Positions 1-12,930 of a stretch of DNA of 64,000 nucleotides are shown one piece after another. Where the stretch lies: the NCBI RefSeq assembly GCF_006345805.1, contig NC_043011.1:14644464-14708463 (forward strand), given 5' to 3'. How positions within the stretch are numbered: position 1 is the first letter of the stretch; each line of letters starts with the position of its first letter. The translations under genes were made by a program, and so were the position numbers. The stretch is from Octopus sinensis. Taxonomy: Eukaryota. The notes under the pieces are model-generated. The model searched no databases and was not told the DNA's origin. It saw only the letters and a list, made by a program, of their open reading frames with translations.

Positions 1-184
1 CAGATATACCAGGTATCTCACCTGAGATTTGACTGATACAATAATTCGCTGCTTCATACTGCAGAAACCTGTGAATCCCGTTTTCGTCCCTTTACGAAAC
101 AGCCTCTAACACCACATCTGTCTTGGGGGCTATTCAAGTGTCATATGCACACACCTTCTGGCTCTGTTTGTATGTATGCATGTG

Positions 185-400
185 TGTGTATGTCTATGTA
201 AGTATGTCAGTGTTTGTCCCTCACCACAACTTGACAAACGGTGTTGGCGTGTGGGTTCCCATAACTTAGCGGTTTGGCTAAAGAGTCCGATACGATAAGT
301 ACTAGGCTTTAAAAATAAGTCCCGAGGTCGATTTTTTCAACTAAAACTCTTGAAGGCGGTGCCCCACCATAGCCAGTTAAATGAGTGAAATAAATAAGAT
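185..400 (+). mobile_element. SINE family A, 3' half
   Basis: Reverse complement of the 3' half of the copies at 48093-48500 and 56057-56345 (TTTGTCCC...CTTGACAA...GATAAGTACTAGGCTT...TTGAAGGCGGTGC). Confidence 0.7.
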
Positions 401-405
401 AAAAA

Positions 406-621
406 TACTTTTTCTACTCTAGGCACAAGGCCCGAAATCTTTGGGGAGAGGGCCAGTCCATTAGATCGACCCCGGTACGCAACTGGTTCTTAATTTATTG
501 ACCCCAAATGGATGAAAGGCAAAGTTGATCTTGGCGGAATTTGAATTCGGAACGTAACGGCAGACGAAATACGGCTACGCATTTCGCCCGGCGTGCTAAC
601 GACTCTGCCTGCTCGCCGCCT
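406..621 (-). mobile_element. SINE family B, tail type 1
   Basis: Minus strand AGGCGGCGAGCAGGCAGAGTCGTTAGCACG head, B-box-like AGTT/ATTCAAATTCC, and core GCCTTTCATCC..GGGGTC. Tail GGCCTTGTGCCTAGAGTAGAAAAAG. Matches more than 10 other copies in the window. Confidence 0.9.
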
Positions 622-1380
622 AGCAAAAGATAAAAATTACAATGGAAATGGTTTCGCACTTACATAAACTAACAAGCAGACAACTTTAGACAGTCAAGCT
701 GTCTTTCTATCTTTTGACAAACTTTCTGTTTACAGGATTCTTGTTTCAAATCTAACAATAATTGTTTCCAAGTAAATTTCTTATCATCTTCCTTAGACCT
801 ACATCTTTTTGAAAAAATTTCAATTCTTCAAAATTCCTATAAAATTTCTTAGACATAAACTTGTTAATTCCATATGTCGTTGGAAGTAACAGATTGCCGA
901 TCATTTGCTATTTCAACCGTTAACATTTCTTCAAAACTTCCTTCAACAAATTAGCGTTCTACAGAAAAGTAACCGTAAATTCGATATATTGAAAAATAAT
1001 AAGCTTCATTTTATGTAGAATGTTGTATTCCAATTAACATACATTTGAACTTTTAGATTATATGGCTTGTCACGTATCTGCAACAGATACGATAGGATGG
1101 AGAGGCTAAAAATATACAAGTGATCAACAAAGATAGAAAAACACATTGGAGATGGGCTAACATAATGAAGTTAAGTAAACATATCCGTGCGTGTGTGTTA
1201 ATTATAGACAGACAAACATATAGATATGTATGTATGTATATATGTGTCAATGTATGTATGTATGTATGCTACTATTCAGTTTTATTTCAAGATATCTTGC
1301 TAATAGAGAAAGAGCCGGTTTCTAACCTAGATCAAAGGCTCCTTCGTTGGAATTTCAACCATACCAACAGAGTACTTGTG

Positions 1381-1693
1381 TTGTTTTGTTGTCTGTTCCT
1401 TCTCGAGCCATGCCTGGCTCATAAGGGCTGGTTTCCCGGTTTCCTTGGTGTATAGGTTCCCCACCTGGACGGGACGCCGGTCCATCGCAGGTGAGCTGCA
1501 AGATGCAGGAGGAAAGACTGAGAGAAAGTTGTGGCGAAAGAGTCAGCAGAAGTTTCGCCATAACCTTCTGCCGGAGCCGCGTGGAGCTTAGGTGTTTTCG
1601 CTCATAAACACACACATCGCCCGGTCTGAGATTCGAACCCGCGGTCCCTCGACTGCAAGTCCGCTGCTCTAACAACTAGGCCATGTGCCTCCA
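1381..1693 (-). mobile_element. SINE family C (tRNA-derived)
   Basis: Head TGGAGGCACATGGCCTAGTTGTTAGAGC with B box GGTTCGAATC. Matches copies at 45817, 53356 and 63863. TSD (C)AGAGTACTTGTG at 1368-1380 and 1692-1704. Confidence 0.9.
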
Positions 1694-1815
1694 GAGTACT
1701 TGTGCATGTTTGTGTGCATGTGTGCAAAGTTTGGAGTCAGTGCGTTGCAGATCTGTATGTTTTGTTTTATGTATGTATTTTCATGCATATAGCTGCATGT
1801 CTAGATGTGCACATA

Positions 1816-2681
1816 CATAGGGTAAGTGGAAAATAACTAGGCATTAGAAATTGCTCATAGAACTTGTAGTATCACTGAAGTCATGACGTAAAGATTTAAA
1901 AAAAAAACAACACTAATGGGGATTTCTTATTTTCTAATTGTCGTATTTCTTCTTTCCTATTTTCAGGATTTTCAGGAGCGAGCTAAGATAGCAGCACGCT
2001 ATAATGTGTGAAGTTCCAGTGTTTTGGTTCAGAGATGGTGACCTGTATGGAAAGGTAAGCATGCAACACTACGTCCGGGAACAATAAAAAGTTGTCACGC
2101 AAAGCTGTGAATTACGGGGGTATGTGGACGATGCAAGAAGTGGCCGTCTAACCGCATCCCGATCAGCCGAGAACGTGGCCACAGTGCAAGAAAAGTTTAA
2201 TCGCAGCCCGCCAAAACCAACACTTCAAGCAGCTTGTGAAAGTGGACTAACAAGATATAGAATAAGTACGGTTTTGCATAAAGAATTGAATTTTCGTCCG
2301 TGTAAAGCCCATTACGTGCAGGAGCTAAAACCTGAAGACTGTGACCGCAGAAATCCAGAAGTTCAGATCTCACTTCATGTGATTTTTACTCGTGGGGTTA
2401 CATAAAAGAGGGGTTACAAGACAAAACCTCACACACTGGATACATGTATTCAGGAGGTTCTCAGTGGTATCTCAGACAACGTCCTTCAGAAGGTTGTTCA
2501 TTCCATCCCTGGTCGTTTAAGGAAACTGACTGACGCCACCGGTGCTTACATTGAAATATGAGGATTTCTTTTCATTTCCCCATGTAATAAAAAACATTCA
2601 TCATTTGTTTCAATAAATTTGTAAAAGGAACATGGATTTTATTACCAATTTTCAATGCCTACTTACTTTTCACCCACCCTG
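1816..2681 (+). mobile_element. Internally deleted mariner/maT-type DNA transposon
   Basis: Imperfect TIRs: left AGGGTAAGTGGAAAATAACTAGGCATTAGAAATTG, right (reverse complement) CAGGGTGGGTGAAAAGTAAGTAGGCATTGAAAATTG, then TA. HTH region DDARSGRL..RSAENVATVQEKFNRSP. C-terminal SPDLTSCDFYSWGY..KLTDATGAYIEI*. Most of the catalytic core is deleted. Confidence 0.8.
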
Positions 2682-2869
2682 TATACTTAAATGCTAAACT
2701 CTTGGAAAGTGTTATAAAGTTTTAACAGTTCCATTGATGGCTTGAATCTGTAATCTTCTAATTAATTTTCTCCTTTCTGGTTTTGAGAAATCTAATTTCT
2801 CAAAATTGGTGCTTGTGCCTCTTTTTTTCTTTTTATATATCCTAGCACCCCAATAATTGTAGTTATAAA

Positions 2870-3113
2870 TTATAGAGTAGCTGCAAACTTGTCAGTAGTT
2901 CAGCGTAGGTATTCCTTTTACGTCTGGTATATTACGTTTGCATTTTGTTGAGGTTTTCACTTACACATTTCATCAGTAATCTTTCATATTATGAATGGCT
3001 GTGTCTTCTACTATATTGTGCGTTCTTATCTCTCTGGCCTCAGGATTATCCTTCTGACGGATCTCATTATACAGTATCTTGGCTACAACATCATGTCTCA
3101 TCAGTAGATAATG
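2870..3113 (-). mobile_element. R4/Dong-like RLE LINE fragment
   Basis: Translation MRHDVVAKILYNEIRQKDNP...W.VK..TSTKCKRNIPD. The RHD motif follows the zinc knuckle and a PD endonuclease motif follows it. Similar to RYDVVAK at about 31140. Confidence 0.6.
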
Positions 3114-3116
3114 TAC

Positions 3117-3145
3117 ATACGTATGTATGTATGTATGTATGTATG

Positions 3146-3176
<31 letters not shown>
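3117..3176. repeat. (ATGT)n microsatellite
   Basis: Direct reading. Confidence 0.95.
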
Positions 3177-3491
3177 GCATGCATGTATATATGTTCTCTC
3201 TTTTTTATATTTAGAGTAAATTTTATTTAGAGAAAATTTTGGTGGCAAAGTTGTGAAGGGAAGCATCACGTTTTGTTCATTATCCTTTAAATCTTAAAAA
3301 AGATCTTGCAGATTTTTATAGTCACCAGATATCGCAATCATTTGTAGTGTATGAATTAAGGATTTGCGTTCTCACCCCAAGAACCTTAGTTCAACCATAC
3401 TTTGCTCGTGGTGGGTTGGTATGTAATCTGTTTCTCCAATAAAAATAGGTATGAAGCTAAAAGTGTATCTTGGGTACTGGATTTGCAACAA

Positions 3492-3718
3492 AGGCGGCGA
3501 GCTGGCAGAATCGTTAGCACGCCGGGCGAAATACGTAGCCGTATTTCGTCTGCCGTTACGTTCTGAGTTCAAATTCCGCGGAGGTCGACTTTGCCTTTCA
3601 TCCTTTCGGTGTCGATTAAATAAGTACCAGTTACGCACTGGGGTCGATGTAATCGACTTAATCCGTTTGTCCTTGTTTGTCCCCTCTCTGTTTATCCCAT
3701 AGTAAAGAAATAGGTATT
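3492..3718 (+). mobile_element. SINE family B, tail type 2
   Basis: Full head and core, tail ...AGTAAAGAAATAGGTATT. Diverged TSD-like pair GGTACTGGATTTGCAAC (3473) and GGTATTGAATTTTCAAA (3713). Confidence 0.9.
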
Positions 3719-4194
3719 GAATTTTCAAACCTCTTCTCCATGGTCCACAGATGTCAGGCAACGAGATGACAAAATCGTTATAGTGTTGGAAAAAATTGTC
3801 TTGCGCTTTTGATTCCGGATTTTTAGATTCCGAATTTTTAGATTCCGAGTTCTAATGATGTTAAAGTTAACTTTGCTCGTTTTTCCTACAAAGTCAATAA
3901 AATAATCTAATCTATTTCCCCCAAAGTTAGAAGCCATTATATTAACTGTCATGTGATAGAATAGGAAATTCGGGCATGACACAGCGTAGGATTAAATTCA
4001 TATCAGTATGAGTATCGAGTTACACCTTTGTAGGGTGTGGGCTCAAACCGTGCAGCCTTTCCTCCACAAGTCCTATGCTATAATACTGAGTAGCACGGTT
4101 TTCTTACATGAGTAGTCACTGTTATTTCCTATTTACTTACTCCTAGGATGTATGAAAATGCCTCTAATATTTCCTTCAAGCTTTGCTTCTATTA

Positions 4195-4372
4195 CATTTA
4201 TTCAAACCCTAAGGAAACCCTCTCAACACATGGCTATGATGCTACCCCCGACTACACCTACTCATGATCAGAGATGCACATATTGTCAAACACTAAGGGA
4301 CATGCTCAAGGGCTTAAGATCAAGTAAATGACAAGCAAATCTGTGGTATTGAGCAGAATATTTGCTATAACA
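4195..4372 (-). repeat. Partial copy of interspersed repeat family D
   Basis: Reverse complement of about 41795-41970 (CAAATATTCTGCTCAATACCACAGATTTGCTTGTCA...GCATCATAGCCATGTGTTGAGAGGG). Confidence 0.8.
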
Positions 4373-5004
4373 ATATTTTTGCTTTATCAACTCACCGCTG
4401 AATCTATCTGAAATGTAATGGAAAATAGATCAGTTTCAAAATATTGATGTCCAGGTCACAAGAATAAAGTCTCGAGGGAATAGTAGTAATTTCCTAAGAT
4501 TTCTGGATAGACGCAAATAGGAAATAACGCTTACTGACCAAAAACATAAAGACAATTTAAAAAATGGTTACACAACGTAGTTGATTTAACAGACTACACC
4601 GTTCCTACCAAAATGAACGACCCTATGCTAAATAGAGAAACCATTTGAAGTCGTTTTACATTCTGGGTGCAAATCTCACTGAGGTTACCTTTACCTTCCT
4701 CAAAGGATCAACTCAATCAAATACAAATCAGGTACTGTAGTCGAATGAATCACCTGTTCTCTCACCACACCGAAATAATTTATGGCCGTTTTTATTGTGT
4801 TTTTTTTTATGTTGCATTTTGTAAACAATACTGCCTCTCTAGTTACAGGTTTCTAACAATCGTGTTCAGAGCAATAAAGGACTTTATGTAACTCAGTGCA
4901 AGAAGCTTTATTCATAAAGCACGTTTTTAAGGCATTCCGCCCATCCTACGCCGATTTAAATCGACGTACAACACCCTCTTTGCCTTGTGCCTATAGTAGA
5001 AAGA

Positions 5005-6900
5005 ATTATCATTATCATCTTCTTTCAATCCTGTTTCCATTTTTTGCCGAGTGTCTTCTTGACACCTAGGGCAGAAAAACTCATTGGTAAGCCATTAAAA
5101 TAAACACAGCAGATTGTTCATTTACAAAGTTATATGATAGAGAAAAAGGGGAAGAATAACAGAGTGAAAAAGGAAAAATAAAAAATAAAAAGTATACAAA
5201 AAATAAAGAGGTAAAAAGGTAAGAAAATTCACAGCGACAATTCTCTTCTCAGTACGTGTGACGTACCAGTCAAGACAATCTTTTGCACTTCCTGCATGTA
5301 CGGTAAGCCAGGAATCTTTCTTAAATAATTTTCAGTTCCTTTTTTGTTCATTCCAAACGCTCCTGCAATCACAGGTATTGTAACTGTCTTGAGATGCCAC
5401 ATCTTTCCGATTTCAATCAGTAGATCTTTATATTTTCTCAGTTTATCAAATTCTTTTACCGAGATATCATGGTCACAGGGCATGCGCATATCAATAAATA
5501 GACTTTATTGCTTTGGTCTTTCGCAACAACATCTGATTTCTTTGCTGTCATGGTCCGGTCTGTACATGCTGGAAAATCCCAAAGAATAGTTACATTTTCT
5601 CCTTCAGTTACAGCCTCAAAGTGGTGCTTGTACCATTTGTCTGCTGTTTTGATTGTATAATGCCGACTCATTATTCAATGTAGATATTGGCCAATACTAT
5701 TATGTCTTCATTAATTCTCTACAGATGCTAAAAACCTTACATCCAGAGATTAGGAGCTCCACTGTTTCAATCTCATCGTTGCAGTATCAGCATTTTGGAT
5801 CTACCCCATTTTTCATCACATGGGCTTGATAGTTACAGGTCAATAAGCTCTGGTCTTGAGCAGCCAAGATAAAGCCTTTGCTCTCTGCCTTTAGCCCTGA
5901 GCTTCGTAACCACTGATGGGTGTGCTTCTGGTCTACATTAGCTTGTTTGCTACAAGCCATATATTTGCCATGCAGAGATTCTTGTCCCCACCTATCAGCC
6001 AATTGTTTATACGCATTTTGCTTTGCTATTGATTTCAGTTTCTTTGCAACTACATTTGCCGCACTTCCATCATGCTGTTCAACCTGAGTATTATGCACTA
6101 GCCAATTTTTGCTCTCCTTCATCACAGAATGAAGCTTCTTACGTCTCTCGTGATTTTCAACGAGCTTTAGTATCCAGTCGTTAGTCGTTTCAAGATATTT
6201 TGCCAGTCCATTTCTGGTAGCTTTGTAAGAGATTTCAAATTGGATCAGGCCTCGAACTCCCTTGAGATTTGGGAAGGTAAAGACGATCTGTATCTGCCCT
6301 TGGGTGGTGCATCTTATTGCAAGTGAGCAGCTTACGGATTTTCCTGTCAACTTTCCTTATTTCGCTCATTTTCCAGTTCAACTCATTGAAACTGTAAATA
6401 ACAACTGCTGAGGAATTTATTGCTAACACCTTGTTGCGTGCATTTAACTCGGATTTTAGGACTGCTGGAACTCTCCTGTAACATTCCTTCCCGATCTTCT
6501 CTTTCATGCTTCCATGTTGAATGCCAGTGCCCTCCTTTATTCCGAGGTATTTGTAAGTTTATTCCCTCTAAAGTTCTTTTATAACTGTGTCAACATCTAA
6601 CATCACTGAATGTGATGTCTTCAGTTTCCCTTTCTGGGAAGTGGCCTTGGTACATTTACCAAGACCAAATTCCATCCCAATGTCATCACTGAATGCTTTC
6701 ACAGTATGTAGTAGTCCTTCAAGCTCATTATCGTCTTTGCCATAGAATTTTAAGTCATCCATATAAAATAGGTGACTTATTTTCTTGTCGCCAATTTTAT
6801 ACCAATACTCTGTTCTGTTAAATTTACTTGTAAGGGGTATTAGGGCTATGCGAAAAATTAGAGGTGGAAGTGAGTCATCTTGGAAGATTTTTGTATGTAA
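5005..6900 (-). mobile_element. 5'-truncated R4/Dong-clade non-LTR retrotransposon (RT C-terminal half, CCHC knuckle, restriction-like endonuclease), frameshifted
   Basis: FQDDSLPPLIF...SHLFYMDDLKFYGK...IGMEFGLGKC. Then HQWLRSSGLKAESKGFILAAQDQSL, DPKC knuckle, ILWDFP..TDR, KYKDLLIEIGKMW, IPVIAGAFG, VLTGTSHVLRRELSL*. Short 3' UTR ending in ATGATAATGATAAT. Confidence 0.9.
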
Positions 6901-7435
6901 GCATATGGATATGAAAATAAACAGATCAACATACAGACGCATAGGTACATAGGTTATATAAGAACCGACAAGCAAACATACGCAAATGGAGACTGAAACA
7001 CATGACCATATACACTCACACAGTTTACTTCACACAGGGACACATATGGAGACACGTGTCCACACATATGGAGATGCACATCCATACATACAAACATGGT
7101 ACATAGTTGCAAAACACACACATACACACACATACATGCACACATAAGGAGACAGAGGTGCATACATATACAAACACTTGCTCCCACACACATACATAAA
7201 AAAAATAAACAAACACGGACATGCAAGCGCATGAATATGCAGGATACATACATACATATGCACACACATGCATACATATATACATATGCATACACACACA
7301 TATAAACATACATACACATGCATACATACATACACACATACATACGTACATGCATGCATGCATAGGCACACACACACACTGACCCACACACATGCGCACA
7401 AACAAACAAAAAGGAACGCAGTGTAAATAACGAAC

Positions 7436-7578
7436 AGAGTCAAGACTATTGAAAAGGTTGCATGACGCAACGAAAATTTTAGGAAAATAAAAATAAGAAA
7501 AAAGTGGAAATTTTACCCGTGAGTGTGTTAAATTATTAGGCACAAAATGAAAATGACTCTCCCCAGACACAACAGAAT
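7436..7578. repeat. Single arm of the palindromic element at 36787-37066
   Basis: AGAGTCAAGACTATTGAAAAGGTTGCA...GACTCTCCCCAGACACAACAGAAT aligns to 36929-37066 with scattered mismatches. Confidence 0.85.
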
Positions 7579-7639
7579 CAGTAAATCTTTATATTTTCTG
7601 AGATTGTCAAATTCTTTTACAGAAATATTACGATCACAA

Positions 7640-8585
7640 GGAATGCTCATGTCAATCAATAAATAGTTTTATCGTTATGGCTATTCACAGCAATATCCGG
7701 TTTATTAGCTTTAATGGTTCTTGCTAGAAGTACTGGAAAGTTCCAAAGATTCGTCACATTTACTCTCTCAGTTACAGCCTCAGGGTGGTGCTTATATTAT
7801 TTGTCAGCAGTTTTGATTTTATAATGCCAACACATTATTCAATGTAGATATTGGCCAACTCTGTTATGTCTTCATTTATACCCTACAGGTGGTAAAACTT
7901 TGCATCAAGAGATTACGTGGTCCACTATTTGAAACTCATCGTTGAGGCATCGGCACTTTGGGTCTACTCTAATTTTCATCACATGGGCATGGTAGTTCCG
8001 TTGGCTTGAGCAGCTAAGATGAAACCATTATTCTCACTGTCGTTAGCCCTGAGCTCCATCACCACAATGATGGGTGTGCTTCTGGTCTACATTGGCATGT
8101 TTGCAACGGGCCACATATTTGCCGCGCAGAGGTTTTGGTTCCCAGTTATCAGCCAATTGTTTATATGCTTTTTTCTTTGCCATTGATTTCACCTTCTTTG
8201 CAACAACAGTTGCTGCACTTACACCATGTTGCTCAACCTAGGCATTATGCTTGAATTCAATAGGAAAATTCTTTGCTCTCTTTCATGACAGAATGAAGCT
8301 TCTTACACCTCTCGTGATTTTCAACGAAGTGTCAAGATATGTTGCCAGTCCAGTCCTGGTGGTTTTGTAAGAGATTTCAAACTGGATCATGCCTCAGCCA
8401 CCTAGGGCTCTGGGAAGGGAAAGACGATTTGCATCTGCCTTTGAGTGGTGCATCTTATTGCAAGTCAGCAGCTTACGTATTTTCCCGTCAATTTTGTCCT
8501 TATTAGGACATTATGGTTAACACCTTGTTATCTGCATTTAGCTCAGATTTCAGGACTGCTCGAACTCTCTTGTTACATTCCATGG
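7640..8585 (-). mobile_element. Second, more decayed fragment of the R4/Dong-like family at 5005-6900
   Basis: Colinear similarity to about 5480-6490 (GTTACAGCCTCA, ATTCAATGTAGATATTGGCCAA, GTAAGAGATTTCAAA.TGGATCA, GGTGCATCTTATTGCAAGT). Confidence 0.85.
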
Positions 8586-9194
8586 ACATTGAGGGAAAGG
8601 AAGAAAAGTAGCCCATAAGGCTTGTTGCTTTGTTTTGGCATTTCCTGAATAGTATAGGATGGCGGTGCCATTGAATGGTGACGACGGTCCAATGTTGGAA
8701 GCCTGGACCTAATTCTTGCAACTTAAAGGCCAGCTGGTGATATCAAACCAAGCAATGCCATGTGCCCATTATTCATTAATCGATAATGTAGACCTACTCA
8801 TGGAAAACAGGATGGTCATAGATGGAATTCATTTGATGCATAAGTCTACTGAATCAGGACTAACCTGGAGTTAAGTAACACCACTAGGTGGTTACTCTGC
8901 CTTCGAGATAAAAAAAGAAAGAATCTACTAAATTTCATCAAATCATTTTAGCACAACGTGACCCTAAATACACATTGATATATTGTATGTTGATACACGT
9001 ATCTGTGTTTATCTCAATATACAAGCACGTATATATTGATACTCTGGACCTAGATGCACATTGATACACATAGATCCAGAAAAACACATTGAGTCAAAGA
9101 TGTCCATAGATTTTGAAGGACAAAAGTGATGGTCACGAGTAAGATTTCTTTGGAACACGGATCTGCTCAATCTGAATTGACATGGGTTAAATAT

Positions 9195-9267
9195 AACTAC
9201 TACTACTGGTAGTAGTAGTAGTAGAAGTAGTAATAGTAGTAGCAGCAGCAGTAGTAGTAGTAGTAGC

Positions 9268-9299
<32 letters not shown>

Positions 9300-9621
9300 C
9301 AGTAGTAGTAGTAGTAGTAGCAGAAGTAGTAGCAGTACTAATAGTAGCAGTAGTAGTAGTAGTTGTAGTAGCAGTAGTAGTAGTAGTAGTAGCGGTAGTA
9401 GTAGTAGTAGTAGTAGGAGGAGGAGGAGTAATAGCAGTAGTAGTAGTAGCAGTAACAGTAATAGTAGTAGTAGCAGCAGCAGTAGTAGTAGTAGTAGCAG
9501 TAGTAGAAGTAGTAATAGCAGCAGCAGTAGTAGTAGTAGCAGTAGTAGAAGTAGTAATAGCAGCAGCAGTAGTAGTAGTAGCAGTAACAGTAGTAGAAGT
9601 AGTAGTAGCAGTAACAGTAGC

Positions 9622-9653
<32 letters not shown>

Positions 9654-9725
9654 CAGTAATAATAGTAGTAGTAGAGTAGTAGTAGTAGTAGTAGCAACAG
9701 CAGCAGTAGTAGCAGTAGTAGTATA
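9195..9725. repeat. Compound (AGT)n/(AGC)n trinucleotide tract
   Basis: Direct reading. Explains the poly-Tyr/Cys ORF 9338-9895. Confidence 0.95.
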
Positions 9726-10364
9726 CAGCCTACTAACTTAACTACTACATCGACTACCATAAATAACGTGTTATGTCCTCTTGAGATCAACAAACCAATT
9801 TTAGGTGACATCGCTTCCATTCCAAAGTTGTAAAAGATAAATGATGCTTTTTTTTTTTTAAATTTTATTTTTTCATTATTGCAACGTGTTGTCAAATAGC
9901 TTTAGCTAAGATCTGGTAAATAGTTATATGGAAAAAAAAACAAAAAAAAAAACGTAGCAACAATTTTGATTTCACTATTAAACTATAAAATGTTTGCTTC
10001 TCAAGAAGGTGAATGATGAATTATGCAACAGTAGCTAAATAAATGTCACATCTGCTGTGTGGATGTGAGTGCCTCTGTGTGTGTGTGTGCGTGGATGTGT
10101 GTGTGTGTGTAGGAGGGTGTATTAATTACTGCATGCTTGCATATTCATTTCAGTGTTCCTTTTTATGTGTGAGTATGCAAGTGGGTGGATAATGTGATGT
10201 GTGTGTGCATATATGTATGTATGTATTTGTGTGTACATGGATGTGTGCGTGTGTCAGTGGATGAATGTATGAAATATTGAATTGTGCGTTGGCGTATGTG
10301 AGAGAGCGAGAAAGAGTAAATGAGAGAGGGAGAGAGTTAGTAGGAGTGTAACAGAAGGAGGGAG

Positions 10365-10406
<42 letters not shown>

Positions 10407-10587
10407 AGGCAGGGACAGTACTTGCATCTTCATATATACGTGCATTGTTTGATTTGATAAGGAATGCATAATAACACATATCAATATAATAAATCAATGA
10501 AGTTGAGGTGTGTGTCACAAATACGTAAGATATATGAGAATGACACAAGCATACTCAGATGCAAATGCCTTCATGTGCCGCTAAGTT

Positions 10588-10592
<5 letters not shown>

Positions 10593-10678
<86 letters not shown>
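10593..10678. repeat. (TA)n microsatellite
   Basis: Direct reading. Confidence 0.95.
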
Positions 10679-10680
<2 letters not shown>

Positions 10681-11047
10681 AGAACAAGGTGTACGTACGC
10701 CGCAATAATAATTGTATAAAAAATATATATAAAAATACAATAATAATAATGTATTTATATTCGTATTACTTTTTGTTTTTTGTTTCTATATTCTTGTAAC
10801 ATCGTCCGTTTTTCTGTCCTTGTTTCGTATACATTCGATCCTTTTCCCAAGAAATCTAATGCTCGTAGCTTAGTTTTTCCTTGGGGCTGACCAGATCGGA
10901 GCAATCTCAAGATTAATCAGCCGAAATTGCGAGGATGATCCAGTTCTTGACTGAAGATTCGAATTCGTGTTTTTTGTATCGTCTATTTGAGTGTTTTGCG
11001 TTCTTGTCCCATTTTGTATTTTTATATATATTTTTTATACATGCATA

Positions 11048-11103
<56 letters not shown>

Positions 11104-11279
11104 CTGTGTGTGTGTTATAACGTTATTGTATTTAATGTATATGTACGGTTTGCACCGCGGCCCGTCTTCTTCTCCCATATGATGTCATTGGTCATCGTCG
11201 ACAACGTCGGAGTAACTAAAGCAACAAAGAAGAGATAAACGTCTATGCACACATTCATATATGTACATTCGTCTACATA

Positions 11280-11318
<39 letters not shown>

Positions 11319-11999
11319 ACATTACAAAAAACGAACACTATGAGAAACTCAACAAGTTACATAGTCCTCGAGATTCTGGTTTATTAGAATGCATTTAAAA
11401 TGATTCTTTCATTATTTCATTATGCACGTAGTTTTTACATTATAACTGCTGACATTTTATTAAAAATAACATGGCAACATAGAAAATGTCACCTGCTAAT
11501 TTCCGTAGGCTTCACAAGTGGTATTTCTAGTCAGAAATTTTGTATATAAGAAGGGAAATGTGGGTATATACAACACATTACTTATTTTCTTAGTTCATCA
11601 AACCAAAGCATCCTATTTATATATATATAACTATTACAGTTATACTACACCCATATTCACCTCTCTCTTTTTGTCTCCCCTATCTGTCTCCCTCCATCTC
11701 TCCTTATCTCCCTCTCCTTCTCTCTTTCTCTCTCTCTCTCTCCCTCTTTCTCTCTGCATATATTTGTGGGTGAGTGGTTAAATTAAAGTTGAAAGTCATT
11801 ATAGAAAATAGGGTCCAATTTATTATAAAATTTGAGATTTTATCTAAAATTTCACCAAACGGTTATTCAACCATCAGTTGCGTTGGATGCACATGGTTAT
11901 ACATGTGTGCGTGTATGTGTATGTGGGGGATGCGTATGTATATATCTGTGTGTATAAGTATATATGTATATACATATACATTTATCTATATATATATAT

Positions 12000-12051
12000 A
12001 GCTATATAAGATGGATAGATGGATAGGTAGATATGTATATAGCAGACATAC

Positions 12052-12138
<87 letters not shown>

Positions 12139-12140
12139 AT
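12000..12140. repeat. (AGAT)n microsatellite
   Basis: Direct reading. Confidence 0.95.
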
Positions 12141-12519
12141 GCATATGTCTTTGTGCAGGTGTACCATTTAATACACGCAGGATTTAAATGTGACCTATTA
12201 TAAGTTTCATATTCCTGTTGTACAAAACTCAGACGAGCTTGTATATCGTGCTGTGTATTATCCTGCAATCTTTCAAGCTCAACATAAACATGGCTACTCC
12301 CTTACAAAGAACAAGACAGAACGAGAAAAAAAAAAGGAAAAATCCGCGGAGAAGAGAAAAGAAAAATAATAAACAGAAAAGCTTACGGGGAAGGGAGAGT
12401 CGTGTCCCTTTGATCCATTAGAATAGGAATTGATAAAGGTTGGCATGGGCTAACTTTAAGGTTTCGGTGAGTGGTTAAAGTTTATTAGATTATATGCCTA
12501 ATCCGGTGAGGGTAGTGTT

Positions 12520-12930
12520 CTCCACTTCGGTAGTATAAATTTGCTGAAATGCTAGCATTTTTTGAAAATTTCCGATCTTGAGTCTAGCTGCTCAGTGGCG
12601 TTCTCAAATAAGGAAAGGATATGAGTTATTTCAGCTATACAAAGCCTGCTACTCCAGAATCCATAACGTATAGCGTGAATCTCTCAACAATGCTCCACAT
12701 GATTTTGTGTGGGCTATTTTTGGCCTTTAGGTTCCAGATGTGGCTAACCAACTTAGTGGTTTTCTTTTTGTCTACGTACTGAAAACAAGACTTGTGGTTG
12801 ACGTTTTCATTTTTAAATCCACTCGTATGCTCCAACTGCCGAGTAGGAGACAGTTTTTCGAAGCATATATATGGCCTTACTACAAGTCCTTTTAGGTTAT
12901 ACTATAACCAACACACTAATACATTCTGAA
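12520..12930 (-). mobile_element. Decayed Penelope-like GIY-YIG endonuclease C-terminal fragment
   Basis: HKSCFQYVDKKKTTKLVSHIWNLKAKNSPHKIMWSIV, then in another frame SRSEIFKKC*HFSKFIL. This resembles the C-terminus of PLE endonucleases (H..SF...TELS.HIW.LK...I.WSI; RSE...KCRH..KF.L). Confidence 0.65.

Noticed and set aside
1-110. Possible last codons of an RLE LINE (IPG...IQ...LHTAE)
   Set aside because: Too short and frameshifted to support.
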